A DNA stretch of 64,000 nt from Felis catus (Eukaryota), in assembly GCF_018350175.1 (NCBI RefSeq), contig NC_058368.1:105030001-105094000 (forward strand). Reading direction: 5' to 3'. Both the position numbers and the translations under genes were made by a program. The notes beneath the pieces are model-generated. The model was not told the DNA's origin. It saw only the letters and a program-made list of their open reading frames with translations, and did not search any database. Every line of letters begins with the position of its first letter. Position 1 is the stretch's first letter. Shown here piece by piece: positions 63,534 through 64,000 of this stretch.

Positions 63534-64000
63534 GATTCTCTCCTCTTTTCTAAAACACATTATGAATTTATAGATGTTATAAAAGTAATAAGTAATACTA
63601 ATTGTTCCTGATTCCATCAAAAGGAGGTACATCTGTATCTGAGTCTTTGTGCCTGGGTGTGTAACCAAGAAATTCACCTCTTGAAGGAATCACACATACT
63701 CTGGATTTCTAGAGTCACTTTTTCCTTAATATTTAGGCAAAAAGTTCATGGACTCCTCGCATGTAGTTGGAAACGTAGCATGTTTTCCAACAGTGACATT
63801 GATTTTTGTTGGGGTCGATTGGTGAGTGACGTTACTTAGTTCTTTTCCTGAGGACTTCTGACTTCTGGTTCCTGCGCTGTTGAATTCTCAATCTCTTCTC
63901 AGTCTTTCACTTGCTGTCAGGCCTTTCTCACTACTTCACTCTGCTTTGCACTCTCTGAATCTCTCCACTAGAAAAATACCTCTGGACCTAGGCTATGTGT

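Overview
Felid (cat-family) nuclear DNA, judged from Felidae-type Can-SINEs and carnivore L1 3' ends. It contains one protein-coding gene, CTXN3 (cortexin-3, 81 aa), with the whole CDS in the terminal exon at 44052-44297 (+). Two upstream non-coding exons are inferred at ~35.6-35.9 kb and ~40.0 kb, and the likely polyA signal is at 45147. The rest is intergenic or intronic: about 30 tRNA-derived Can-SINEs (several nested or truncated), truncated L1 copies, MIR/L2/CR1 fossils, two hAT DNA-transposon relics, LTR relics and microsatellites. Nearly all other ORFs in the track are repeat artefacts or chance ORFs. I found no convincing new multi-gene system. The most interesting signals are (1) a uORF cassette in front of CTXN3, with a perfect-Kozak 5-codon uORF whose stop overlaps the start of an out-of-frame ORF that runs over the main ATG; (2) an L1 copy with an apparent short 3' transduction; and (3) an ancient CR1/L3 fossil with readable RT motifs that carries a CRE/NFI-like motif cluster. 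Repeat subfamily names come from recalled consensus sequences and boundaries are approximate.
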